A DNA stretch of 64,000 nucleotides from Candidatus Eiseniibacteriota bacterium (GTDB lineage Bacteria > Eisenbacteria > RBG-16-71-46), in the NCBI GenBank assembly GCA_044223005.1, contig JBGAML010000001.1:160001-224000 (forward strand), read 5' to 3'. Of the stretch, positions 46,178-54,199 are shown in pieces. The position numbers and the translations under genes were made by a program. Below the pieces are notes generated by a model. It searched no databases and was not told the origin of the DNA. It saw nothing but the letters and a program-made list of their open reading frames with translations. The stretch's first letter is position 1; each line of letters opens with the position of its first letter.

Positions 46178-46873
46178 TCAGGCCGGGTCGCGCGGACCCT
46201 CGATCAGCCCTTCGCGGATCGCGAACTGCGTGAGCAGCGCGACCGAACGGAGGTCGAGCTTGCGCATCAGGTTCGCGCGGTGCGTCTCGACCGTGCGCGC
46301 GCTGATGTTCTGCGCCGCCGCGATCTCCTTGGTGGTCAGCCCGCGCGCGACCCCGATCAGCACGTCGCGCTCGCGGCCGGTCAGCTTCGCGAGCGGCCGA
46401 TCCACGTCGCCGCCGGTGCGCAGGCTGTCGGCGAGCGTCCGCTGCGCGCGCTCGCTGAAGAACGAGCCGCCGGTCATCACCGCCTCGATCGCCGCCAGCA
46501 GGTCCTGCACCGCGAGGTCCTTGAGCAGGTAGCCGTTCGCGCCGTCGCGCACGGCACGCGTCACGTACTCCGGCTGCGCGTGCATCGTGAGCACGATGAT
46601 GTGCGTGTCCGGCGCGACCGAGCGGGCTTCGCGCAGGACCGAGAAGCCGTCGCCGTCGGGCATGTTGAGGTCGAGCAGCAGCACGTCCGGCTGCACCTTC
46701 GCGAGGCCCGCGAGCGTCTCGGCGCCGCTGCCGGCCTCGCCGACCAGCTCGATCCCGGGCACGCCCTCGAGCACGCGCCGCACGCCCGCGCGCACCAGCG
46801 GATGGTCGTCGGCCAGCATCACGCGCGTCGGTCCGCGCGGAGCCTCGTCCCCTTCGTGCTCGATCTCGCTCAT
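46178..46873 (-). CDS. NarL/LuxR family response regulator
   Basis: LADDHPLVRAG, LLDLNMP, GYLLK, LTGRERDVL...TVETHRANLMRKL. Confidence 0.94.
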   Translation of the reverse strand: MSEIEHEGDEAPRGPTRVMLADDHPLVRAGVRRVLEGVPGIELVGEAGSGAETLAGLAKVQPDVLLLDLNMPDGDGFSVLREARSVAPDTHIIVLTMHAQPEYVTRAVRDGANGYLLKDLAVQDLLAAIEAVMTGGSFFSERAQRTLADSLRTGGDVDRPLAKLTGRERDVLIGVARGLTTKEIAAAQNISARTVETHRANLMRKLDLRSVALLTQFAIREGLIEGPRDPA

Positions 46874-48120
46874 GCCCCCCCCTTCAGCGGCAACGTCGCC
46901 TCCACGCGCAGCCCGCCGGCCGCCGCGCGGCCCAGCACCAGCTCGCCGCCCACCAGCGTGACTCGCTCGCGCATTCCGAGCAAGCCGAGGTGCGGCCGTG
47001 GCTCCTCGCCCGCGCCGCGGCCGTCGTCCTCGATCGCGACGGTCGCGCGCACGCCGTCGCGGGCCACCGTGACCCAGGCGCGGCTGCCGCCGCTGTGCCG
47101 CGCGACGTTGGTGAGCGATTCCTGCACGACGCGGTAGACCACGAGCGCGACCTCCGGTGGCCACGGATCCTCGTCGCTCGTCTGCAGCTGCACGTCGATC
47201 CGCGTGCGGGCGCGGAAGTCGTTCACCAGCGCGCGGAGCGCCGAGGCGAGCCCGAGGTCGTCGAGCGCGCGCGGACGCAGCAGCTCGGAGAGGTCGCGCA
47301 CCTGCTCCAGCGCGCGGCCGACCAGCGCGCTCTCCTCCTTCGCGCCCGCGAGGTCGAGCGAGATCTTGGCCGCGGTGAGCGCCTGCCCCGCCTCGTCGTG
47401 CAGCTCGCGCGCGATGCGGCGGCGCTCCTCCTCCTGCGCGCGCAGCAGCAGCTGCGTCAGCTGCTCGAGCTGGAGCGTGCGCTGCTCGAGCGTGCGGCGC
47501 TCCTGCCCGAGCACCATCACCAGCGTGCCGATCGCGACCGAAAGGATGAAGAGCACGTCGAGGATGACGCCGAACACGACCCCCTGTCCGAGCGGCCGCA
47601 GGATCGGGTAATCGAGGTGGTGCAGGCCCCAGAGCGTGTACGTCCACGCCAGCAGCCGCGTCCCGGTGGAGGGTGTCTGGCGCAGCTGGCGCCAGAAGAC
47701 GCCCGCGGTCCACAGCGTGACGCCGGCGAGCAGGAGCACGTTCGTGGTGCCGGCCACCGCCATGTTGTGGATCACGAGCACGGAGAACGCGGCCCACGCG
47801 ACCGCGACCGCGCCGATCACCGCGTAGCGCCGCCGCCAGCGCGCGCCGCGCGAGAACTGCAGCGCGGCCACCAGCAGCAGCAGCGCGGTGAGCGCCGTCA
47901 TCGCCTGGTGGCCGAACAACCACACCTCGGCGCGCGGGCCCTCGGCGCGGTGCACGAGGTACGCCGAGATGAACGCGAGCCGCGCCGCGTAGAGCATCCA
48001 CGCGAACGCCCACGTCAGGAAGTAGCGCTGCCGCTGCTGGCGGAAGAGGCCGAGGTAGACGGCCGCCAGCACCAGCGTGAAGAGCGCCTGGAATCCGAGT
48101 GCCGAGAGTTCGATCAGCAT
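46870..48120 (-). CDS. Multi-TM sensor histidine kinase (HisKA_3)
   Basis: About six or seven TMs; ERRRIARELHDEAGQ, QESLTNVARHS, DDGRG, GLLGMRER. Confidence 0.93.
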   Translation of the reverse strand: MLIELSALGFQALFTLVLAAVYLGLFRQQRQRYFLTWAFAWMLYAARLAFISAYLVHRAEGPRAEVWLFGHQAMTALTALLLLVAALQFSRGARWRRRYAVIGAVAVAWAAFSVLVIHNMAVAGTTNVLLLAGVTLWTAGVFWRQLRQTPSTGTRLLAWTYTLWGLHHLDYPILRPLGQGVVFGVILDVLFILSVAIGTLVMVLGQERRTLEQRTLQLEQLTQLLLRAQEEERRRIARELHDEAGQALTAAKISLDLAGAKEESALVGRALEQVRDLSELLRPRALDDLGLASALRALVNDFRARTRIDVQLQTSDEDPWPPEVALVVYRVVQESLTNVARHSGGSRAWVTVARDGVRATVAIEDDGRGAGEEPRPHLGLLGMRERVTLVGGELVLGRAAAGGLRVEATLPLKGGA

Positions 48121-48223
48121 GATCCCCGCCGGAAAGGGCGCGGATTATCCCGTGCCGGCCCTTCGGGGACAAGGAGTTGCGGCCGCGCAACCCGGCGGCC
48201 CGGGGGGCCGTATTCCGGGATGC

Positions 48224-48247
48224 TAGCGATGTGATATCATATCGCTA
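48224..48247. promoter_or_regulatory. 24-bp near-perfect palindrome, candidate operator
   Basis: TAGCGATGTGATATCATATCGCTA (22/24 symmetric), 30 nt upstream of the SPFH ATG. Confidence 0.65.
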
Positions 48248-48277
48248 TCTTGCCACCCGAAAGGAGGCTCGCGTTCC

Positions 48278-49147
48278 ATGATTCGCGAAACCGAAGCCCG
48301 CACCAGTCCCGGCATGGCGATGCTGATCGGGCTGCCCCTGCTGATCGTGCTCGACATCGTCTGGGTGATCGCCTCGGCGGTCCAGCACCAGCCGATCTTC
48401 GTCATCCTCGCCGTCGTGCTGCTCGTCGTGCTGGCGTTGATGCTGGCCGGCTTCTTCGTGGTCGACCCCAACGTCGGCTCCGTGGTGGTGCTGTTCGGCC
48501 AATACCGCGGCACCGAGCGACGCCCGGGCCTGTGGTGGGCGAACCCGTTCGCGGACAAGCGCAAAGTGTCGCTGCGCGTGCGCAACTTCGAGAGCGCCAA
48601 GCTCAAGGTGAACGATCACGACGGCAACCCGATCGAGATCGCGGCCGTGGTGGTGTGGCGCGTGATCGACACCGCCGAGGCGATCTTCCAGGTCGACAAC
48701 TACGACAACTTCATGCACGTGCAGAGCGAGGCGGCGCTGCGCAACCTGGCGACGGCGCACCCGTACGACGCGCACCAGGACGGGCAGATGTCGCTGCGCG
48801 CGAACACGGCGGAAGTGGCCGAGGACCTGAAGCGCGAGATCCAGTCGCGCCTGGAGAAGGCGGGCATCGAGGTGATCGAAGCGCGCATCAGCCACCTCGC
48901 CTACGCCGCCGAGATCGCGAACGCGATGTTGCGCCGCCAGCAGGCGAGCGCGGTGATCGCGGCGCGCACCAAGATCGTCGAAGGCGCGGTGAGCATGGTC
49001 GAGATGGCGCTCGACGAGCTGAACAAGCGCCAGGTCGTGACGCTCGACGAGGAGCGCAAGGCGGCCATGGTGAGCAACCTGCTCGTCGTGCTCTGCAGCG
49101 AGCACGAGACGCAGCCGATCGTGAACGCCGGCACGCTCTACCAGTAA
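48278..49147 (+). CDS. SPFH/Band 7 domain membrane protein
   Basis: [63 protein letters not shown]. Confidence 0.92.
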   Translation: MIRETEARTSPGMAMLIGLPLLIVLDIVWVIASAVQHQPIFVILAVVLLVVLALMLAGFFVVDPNVGSVVVLFGQYRGTERRPGLWWANPFADKRKVSLRVRNFESAKLKVNDHDGNPIEIAAVVVWRVIDTAEAIFQVDNYDNFMHVQSEAALRNLATAHPYDAHQDGQMSLRANTAEVAEDLKREIQSRLEKAGIEVIEARISHLAYAAEIANAMLRRQQASAVIAARTKIVEGAVSMVEMALDELNKRQVVTLDEERKAAMVSNLLVVLCSEHETQPIVNAGTLYQ

Positions 49148-49156
49148 GGAGACGGC

Positions 49157-49342
49157 GTGGCGGAACGGAAACCCTTCCTGCTCCGGATCGACCCGGAAGT
49201 CCTCGACGCCCTGCAGAAGTGGGCGGCCGACGACCTGAGGAGCCTGAACGCGCAGATCGAGTTCGTGCTGCGCCGTTCGCTCCAGCAGGAAGGGCGTGCG
49301 CCGGGCGGTGACGCCCGGCGGCCGAAGAAAGGACGCACGTGA
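49157..49342 (+). CDS. Arc-like ribbon-helix-helix DNA-binding protein
   Basis: AAGGAG RBS; KPFLLRIDPEVLDALQKWAADDLRSLNAQIEFVLR. Confidence 0.85.
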   Translation: MAERKPFLLRIDPEVLDALQKWAADDLRSLNAQIEFVLRRSLQQEGRAPGGDARRPKKGRT

Positions 49343-49908
49343 ACGCAGCGACGCTTTCCGCGGTACGTCGGCGGACCGATGCCGACGACACGCTCGCCCT
49401 GGCTCCGTTCGATCCGGACGCGCGTGGCACCTGGCGCTGGACGCAGCCCGGCCGCTTCGCATCGCGCTGGCGGCTGCTCGTGGACGGGCAGCCGGTCGCG
49501 GTGATGCGCGGTCACGGAACGTTCGGGCGGCCGATCACGGTGCGGTTCGCGAGCGCGACGTGGGAGATGCGCACGCGGTTCCCGCTCGAACTCACGCTTT
49601 CCGCGGCGGGCGACCGAGCCATGCAGGCGCGTTTCGCGCCGGGATGGTGGGCGAACGGCCGGCTGATGCGCGAGGGACGCGCGACGCTGCTCTGGCGGCG
49701 CGAAGGGTTCTGGGGCATGCGCTGGGCGTTGCGCACGGGCGAGCTCCTGCCACTCGTGCACGTCGTCGCGCAGCGGAGCTTCCTGCGCCGCGAGTGCGTG
49801 GTGGAACTGGAGGACGCCGCACGCCGCGAGCCGGACCTGGCGCCGCTCGTCGCGATGGCCTGGGCGCTCGTGCTGCGCACGCATCGCGGGCACGCCGGCG
49901 GGGCCTGA
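49339..49908 (+). CDS. Hypothetical protein
   Basis: GTGA overlap with the RHH gene; Trp-rich beta-strand pattern and C-terminal helix. Confidence 0.6.
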   Translation: MNAATLSAVRRRTDADDTLALAPFDPDARGTWRWTQPGRFASRWRLLVDGQPVAVMRGHGTFGRPITVRFASATWEMRTRFPLELTLSAAGDRAMQARFAPGWWANGRLMREGRATLLWRREGFWGMRWALRTGELLPLVHVVAQRSFLRRECVVELEDAARREPDLAPLVAMAWALVLRTHRGHAGGA

Positions 49909-50145
49909 TCGCGCGGACGCAACACGCACGCGCGCACTTTCGATCTTGACCCCGCCCGGCACGGGTAGCACTTTCCGCGCACGGTCCGGACGATGCGAAC
50001 CGGTTCGACCACTCGAGCGCATCGCCCACCGGAGGACCGTGTCGCGAACGTCGCGGGTTGCCATCCACCCCGCGCCCTCGTGGCTGGCCGTGGCCCGGGC
50101 AGGATGCCCGGGCCCCGCCGACCTCCCGCCCGTGGAGCCGCTCCC

Positions 50146-51288
50146 GTGATCCCGCGCCGCATCGCCGCCCTCGCGCTCGCGATGCTCGCCTGCACCGCGA
50201 CGGCCCACGCCACGCCGCCGCCGACGCTCGCGGTCCGCGCCGATCTCGTGCTGCAGCGCTTCGACCTCGCGCGCGAGGACGGCGCACCCTCTCGCCTGCC
50301 GCTGCGCGGCGGGCTCGCGCGCGCGGTGGCGCAGCTGGACGCCGCGCCGGGGGCGCGCATCGCGTGGCGACTCGCGGTCGCCGCGACGCACCAGCCGCTC
50401 GCGCGTGGCGAGCCGGGCGATCCGGGCGCGATCCGCCACGGTGGACTCGCGGCCGATGTCGCGAGCGTCGAGCAGGCGTGGATCGGCGGCCGCGTCGCGA
50501 ACGGGCTCACCGTCCGCGCGGGCCTGCTCACCGTGCCGGTCGGCCCCGAGGCGGCTCCGGCGGCGATGCCCGACGGCGCGGGCGCCGTGCGCGACGAGCC
50601 CCGGCGGCGCGTGATCCCGTGGCCGTGGAGCGCGCTCGGCGCGGGCGCGAGCGGCGCGGCGCCCGCACATCTCGCGTGGACGCTCGCGGTCGCCGGCGGA
50701 CTCGATCCGCGCCGGCTCTCGGCCGACGCCGCGCTGCGCGACGCGCACGCGCCGCTCGCCCCGGGAGCGCTGGCGCATCCGGCGCTCGCGGCGCGCCTGG
50801 CGTGGCGCGCGCCGGACGCGACGGTCGACCGGATCGGCGGCTCGGCGGTCGCGACCGACGCGACGCACGCCGCGCTGCGCTGCCGCGTCACGCTGGCCGA
50901 GCTCGACGCGTGCGTGCAGGCAGGGCCGCTGCGCGGGCGCGGCCTGTACGCGATGGGCACGATCGGCTCGCACGCGGAGCTGGCGCGCGCGCTCGGCGTC
51001 GCAGGCACGAGCGACGCGCCGGGCAAGCGCTTCTTCGGCGGCTACGCCGAGGCCGCGTGGTCGCGCGGCGCGGTCGCGCCGTTCGTGCGCGCCGAGCTGA
51101 CCGACACGCAGGACGGCGTCGGCGCGATCGGCAGCGAGGATCCGTCCCGGCATCGCACCACCTGGATCGCGGGCGTAGACGTGCGGCCCCGCGCCGGAGT
51201 GCGGCTCGCGCTCGACCGCCAGTGGCGGCACGACGAGACGCGGACGCAGGTGCCGCTCTGGGAGGCGGCGCTGGTCCTGGCGCGTTGA
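50146..51288 (+). CDS. Putative outer-membrane porin-like protein (divergent)
   Basis: Signal peptide; VEQAW...VRAGLLTVPVG, GGYAEAAW, PFVRAELTDTQ. Confidence 0.5.
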   Translation: MIPRRIAALALAMLACTATAHATPPPTLAVRADLVLQRFDLAREDGAPSRLPLRGGLARAVAQLDAAPGARIAWRLAVAATHQPLARGEPGDPGAIRHGGLAADVASVEQAWIGGRVANGLTVRAGLLTVPVGPEAAPAAMPDGAGAVRDEPRRRVIPWPWSALGAGASGAAPAHLAWTLAVAGGLDPRRLSADAALRDAHAPLAPGALAHPALAARLAWRAPDATVDRIGGSAVATDATHAALRCRVTLAELDACVQAGPLRGRGLYAMGTIGSHAELARALGVAGTSDAPGKRFFGGYAEAAWSRGAVAPFVRAELTDTQDGVGAIGSEDPSRHRTTWIAGVDVRPRAGVRLALDRQWRHDETRTQVPLWEAALVLAR

Positions 51289-51492
51289 GCGCGTGCGACG
51301 AGTGCGCGGCGACCGCCGCGGAGCGGGATGTCGGAACGGCGCGATCACCCGCGAGCGGCCACCCGCGCGATCCCGTACGGACGGCCCCGGGGGGCGTGTG
51401 ACGTGAAGTTCCGGTGAGGTCCGCGCGCGTTCACATTCGCGCGCGCGGCGCGTACTGGCGGCATCCACCGGCCGTCGGACCCCGGAGGTTGC

Positions 51493-51906
51493 ATGCACGC
51501 TCTTCGCCTCATCGCCGCGATCGCGGCACTCGTCGCGCTCGTCGCGCTCGTCTCCTGCTCCAAGTCGGGCGGCTCGTCCGGTGGAGGAACGCCCACCGGA
51601 CCCGGCATCGGCTCGGGCCCCAGCTTCAACTTCACCTTCCCCGCCACCGGTTCGTCGTCGAGCTTCACCTTCTCGGATTCCGGGACGTGGGCCTATCACT
51701 GCACGCCGCACCAGTCGGTGGGCATGACGGGCACGGTCGTGGTGTCCGCCGCCGGCGCCGACTCGGACACCGTCGCGGTCGGCGTGGGTGCGGGCGGTGC
51801 CAACGCGTTCGCCTTCAAGCCGGCCACCGTGACGATCAAGCCCGGCGGCCACGTGCGCTGGATCAACCGCAGCACCATGGTGAACCACAGCGTGACGCGG
51901 CCCTGA
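51493..51906 (+). CDS. Cupredoxin (plastocyanin-like) lipoprotein, circularly permuted
   Basis: GGAGG RBS; lipobox LVSC; YHCTPHQSVGMTGTVVV precedes FKPATVTIKPGGHVRWIN...HSVT. Confidence 0.78.
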   Translation: MHALRLIAAIAALVALVALVSCSKSGGSSGGGTPTGPGIGSGPSFNFTFPATGSSSSFTFSDSGTWAYHCTPHQSVGMTGTVVVSAAGADSDTVAVGVGAGGANAFAFKPATVTIKPGGHVRWINRSTMVNHSVTRP

Positions 51907-52086
51907 CAGCACGGCGCGGCGTGCGCGACGCGTGTGGCGCCTGCGCCACAGCGTTCGCGGCCCCCGGCGTCGCGCCCTCTTCTACGTAACCCCCTGATCG
52001 GGACGAGGATGGCGCCGTGCCGCGCGAGTGGCACGGCGCCTGCTCATGTACTCCGTCGAAGCTCGATCCCACGACGGAGGTCCATC

Positions 52087-52623
52087 ATGATCCGCAATGC
52101 GACGCTGAACCGCTGGATGCTCGCCACGACGACGATCGCGGCCCTTTCGCTGACGCTGGCGCCCCTCGCGCAGGCGTATCCGGGCGGCCGGCACGGGGAG
52201 CATCGCGGCCACGCCCGCTGGGGGCGTCCGTGGGGCGTCACGGTCGTGCACGAGCACCGGGGCGGCGCGGGTCCCGCGCTCGCGGGCCTGATCGGCGGCT
52301 TCGTGCTCGGCGCCGCGATGGCGCAGTCGCATCCGGTCGTCGTGCACGAGCGCGTCTACTCGAGCGGCCCCGTGTACCGCGGGAACGAGTGCCGCCGCGA
52401 CGACGGCTATCGCGACGAGGCGCGCACGGTCGTGCGCTACCGCTACGAGGATCCGAACTCGGATCGCTGGTGGGACACGCTCGACGAGTGCCGTGACCCG
52501 CAGTACGGCTCGGACCTGCCGCGGGTGATCAACGTGGTGGAGATCTCGACCGGTCGCTGCGTCCGCACGATGTACTGGAAGCACGATCACTGGATCAGCG
52601 ACGACGACGGCTGGGACGACTGA
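52087..52623 (+). CDS. Secreted hypothetical protein
   Basis: GGAGG RBS; signal peptide ending AQA; glycine-zipper-like ALAGLIGGFVLGAAMA. Confidence 0.65.
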   Translation: MIRNATLNRWMLATTTIAALSLTLAPLAQAYPGGRHGEHRGHARWGRPWGVTVVHEHRGGAGPALAGLIGGFVLGAAMAQSHPVVVHERVYSSGPVYRGNECRRDDGYRDEARTVVRYRYEDPNSDRWWDTLDECRDPQYGSDLPRVINVVEISTGRCVRTMYWKHDHWISDDDGWDD

Positions 52624-52713
52624 CACGGTCGTCCCCACGATGTGGGGCCGCGGCGGTGGAGCTGGAACAACGGGGAGCGTCCAGGCTCGCACGGCGGACC
52701 CACACTAAACGGA

Positions 52714-52742
52714 CGGGGGCGGTGCCGATGGCACCGCCCCCG
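52714..52742. terminator. Hairpin between convergent genes
   Basis: CGGGGGCGGTGCC-gat-GGCACCGCCCCCG. Confidence 0.6.
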
Positions 52743-52759
52743 CTCCCATTTCCGGCGGA

Positions 52760-54199
52760 TCAGGCCGCGAGCAGGTCGGAGGTGGCGACCTTGTGTTCCT
52801 CCGGCAGCAGCACCCGCAGCGCGTGGTCCGACTCGGGCATCGGGTCCCAGCGTTCCGGCTCGTCCTCGTTCGGGACGGTACCGTCCGGGCGGACGAGCAC
52901 GCGGCAGTGCGGGCGGGTGACATCGCGCGGGTTCGGCCCGGTCGAGAGGACGACGTGGCCCGACGCGGTCTGCAGCACGGTGCCGGCCGGGTAGAGGCCG
53001 ACGCTGCGGACGAGCGCCCAGAGCACGGCGGGATCGAAGTTCACGCGATTGGGCCCGAGCAGGATCTGCAGGCCCTCGAACGGCGTGCGCGGCCGCTTGT
53101 AGTACGACCGGTGCGCGGTGATCGCGTCGAAGCAGTCCGCCATCGCCACGATGCGCGACATGGTCGCCTGCCCCCACGGCACCGAGATCTCCGGGTAGCC
53201 CGTGGAGTTGTAGTTCATGTGGTGCTCGAGGCACGCCCGCATCGCATCGAGCATCACCGTCGAAAGCCCGGGCATGCGCGCGATCATGATCGCGCCCTCG
53301 ATCGGGTGCCGGTGCATCAGCGCCCACTCGCTCGCGTCGAGCGCGCCGGGCTTGCGCAGCACCTCGCCGGGGATGCGCATCTTGCCGAGATCGTGCAGCA
53401 GCCCCGCGACGCCCAGGTCGGCGAGCGCCTGCCGCGGCAGCCCGAGCTGCTGGCCCATCGAGATCGAGAGCACCGCGACGTTGACGCAGTGCGCGTACGT
53501 GTACTCGTCGTGGTCCTTGAGCGCGGTCAGGCCGACGATCGAGTACTCGTGCTTCATGATGTTGTCGACGATCGGCTGCACGAGACGCTTGGCCTGCCGC
53601 AGGTCGGGCCGGCCGTTCTGCTGCGTGCGCAGCACGATCTTCTTGGTGCCGAGCACGGCGCGCCAGAAGACGCGGCGCGCACGGGCACGTTCGCCCTGGG
53701 GCGTCGGCTTGTCGTCGAGCTCGCGCGCGAGGTCGTCGGCGTCGAGGTCGCTCGCGGGCACCACGACCACGCCCGCGATCGCGGCTTCCGCGACCATGTC
53801 CGGCAGCCGCTCGGCGAGCGACGCGTCGTCGGCCGCCATGAAGATCTGGAAGAAGCGCTCGATCTCGGGCTCGCTCAGGCCGGGCAGGAACCGCAGGCCG
53901 CCCACCTGCCGGCGCTCGAAGTCGGCCATCACGGCGTGGTAGGCGCCGAGCAGGCTGGTGTGCGCCTTGATTCGGACGCCGTTCAGGTACAGGTAGTCCG
54001 CGACGACGACGAGCGCGACCTCGTCCTCCTCGGCGAAGATCCGGCGGAGAAGCGCGACGAACTCGTTCTGCTGGCGCTGGAACGCCTGGTTGGAGACGTC
54101 GTAGGTGCGCGCGGTGCGCATGAGCGCCGACAGCCGCAGCACCAGCGCCTCGCCGACGGCGGCGAGCTGGTTCTCCGGGTTCTGGAGCGGCTCGCTCAC
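52760..54199 (-). CDS. HD-GYP cyclic-dinucleotide phosphodiesterase
   Basis: YTYAHCVNV, LLHDLGK, HPIEG, EHHMNYNSTGYP, ADCFDAIT. The GTG overlaps the HEAT gene stop. Confidence 0.9.
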   Translation of the reverse strand: MSEPLQNPENQLAAVGEALVLRLSALMRTARTYDVSNQAFQRQQNEFVALLRRIFAEEDEVALVVVADYLYLNGVRIKAHTSLLGAYHAVMADFERRQVGGLRFLPGLSEPEIERFFQIFMAADDASLAERLPDMVAEAAIAGVVVVPASDLDADDLARELDDKPTPQGERARARRVFWRAVLGTKKIVLRTQQNGRPDLRQAKRLVQPIVDNIMKHEYSIVGLTALKDHDEYTYAHCVNVAVLSISMGQQLGLPRQALADLGVAGLLHDLGKMRIPGEVLRKPGALDASEWALMHRHPIEGAIMIARMPGLSTVMLDAMRACLEHHMNYNSTGYPEISVPWGQATMSRIVAMADCFDAITAHRSYYKRPRTPFEGLQILLGPNRVNFDPAVLWALVRSVGLYPAGTVLQTASGHVVLSTGPNPRDVTRPHCRVLVRPDGTVPNEDEPERWDPMPESDHALRVLLPEEHKVATSDLLAA

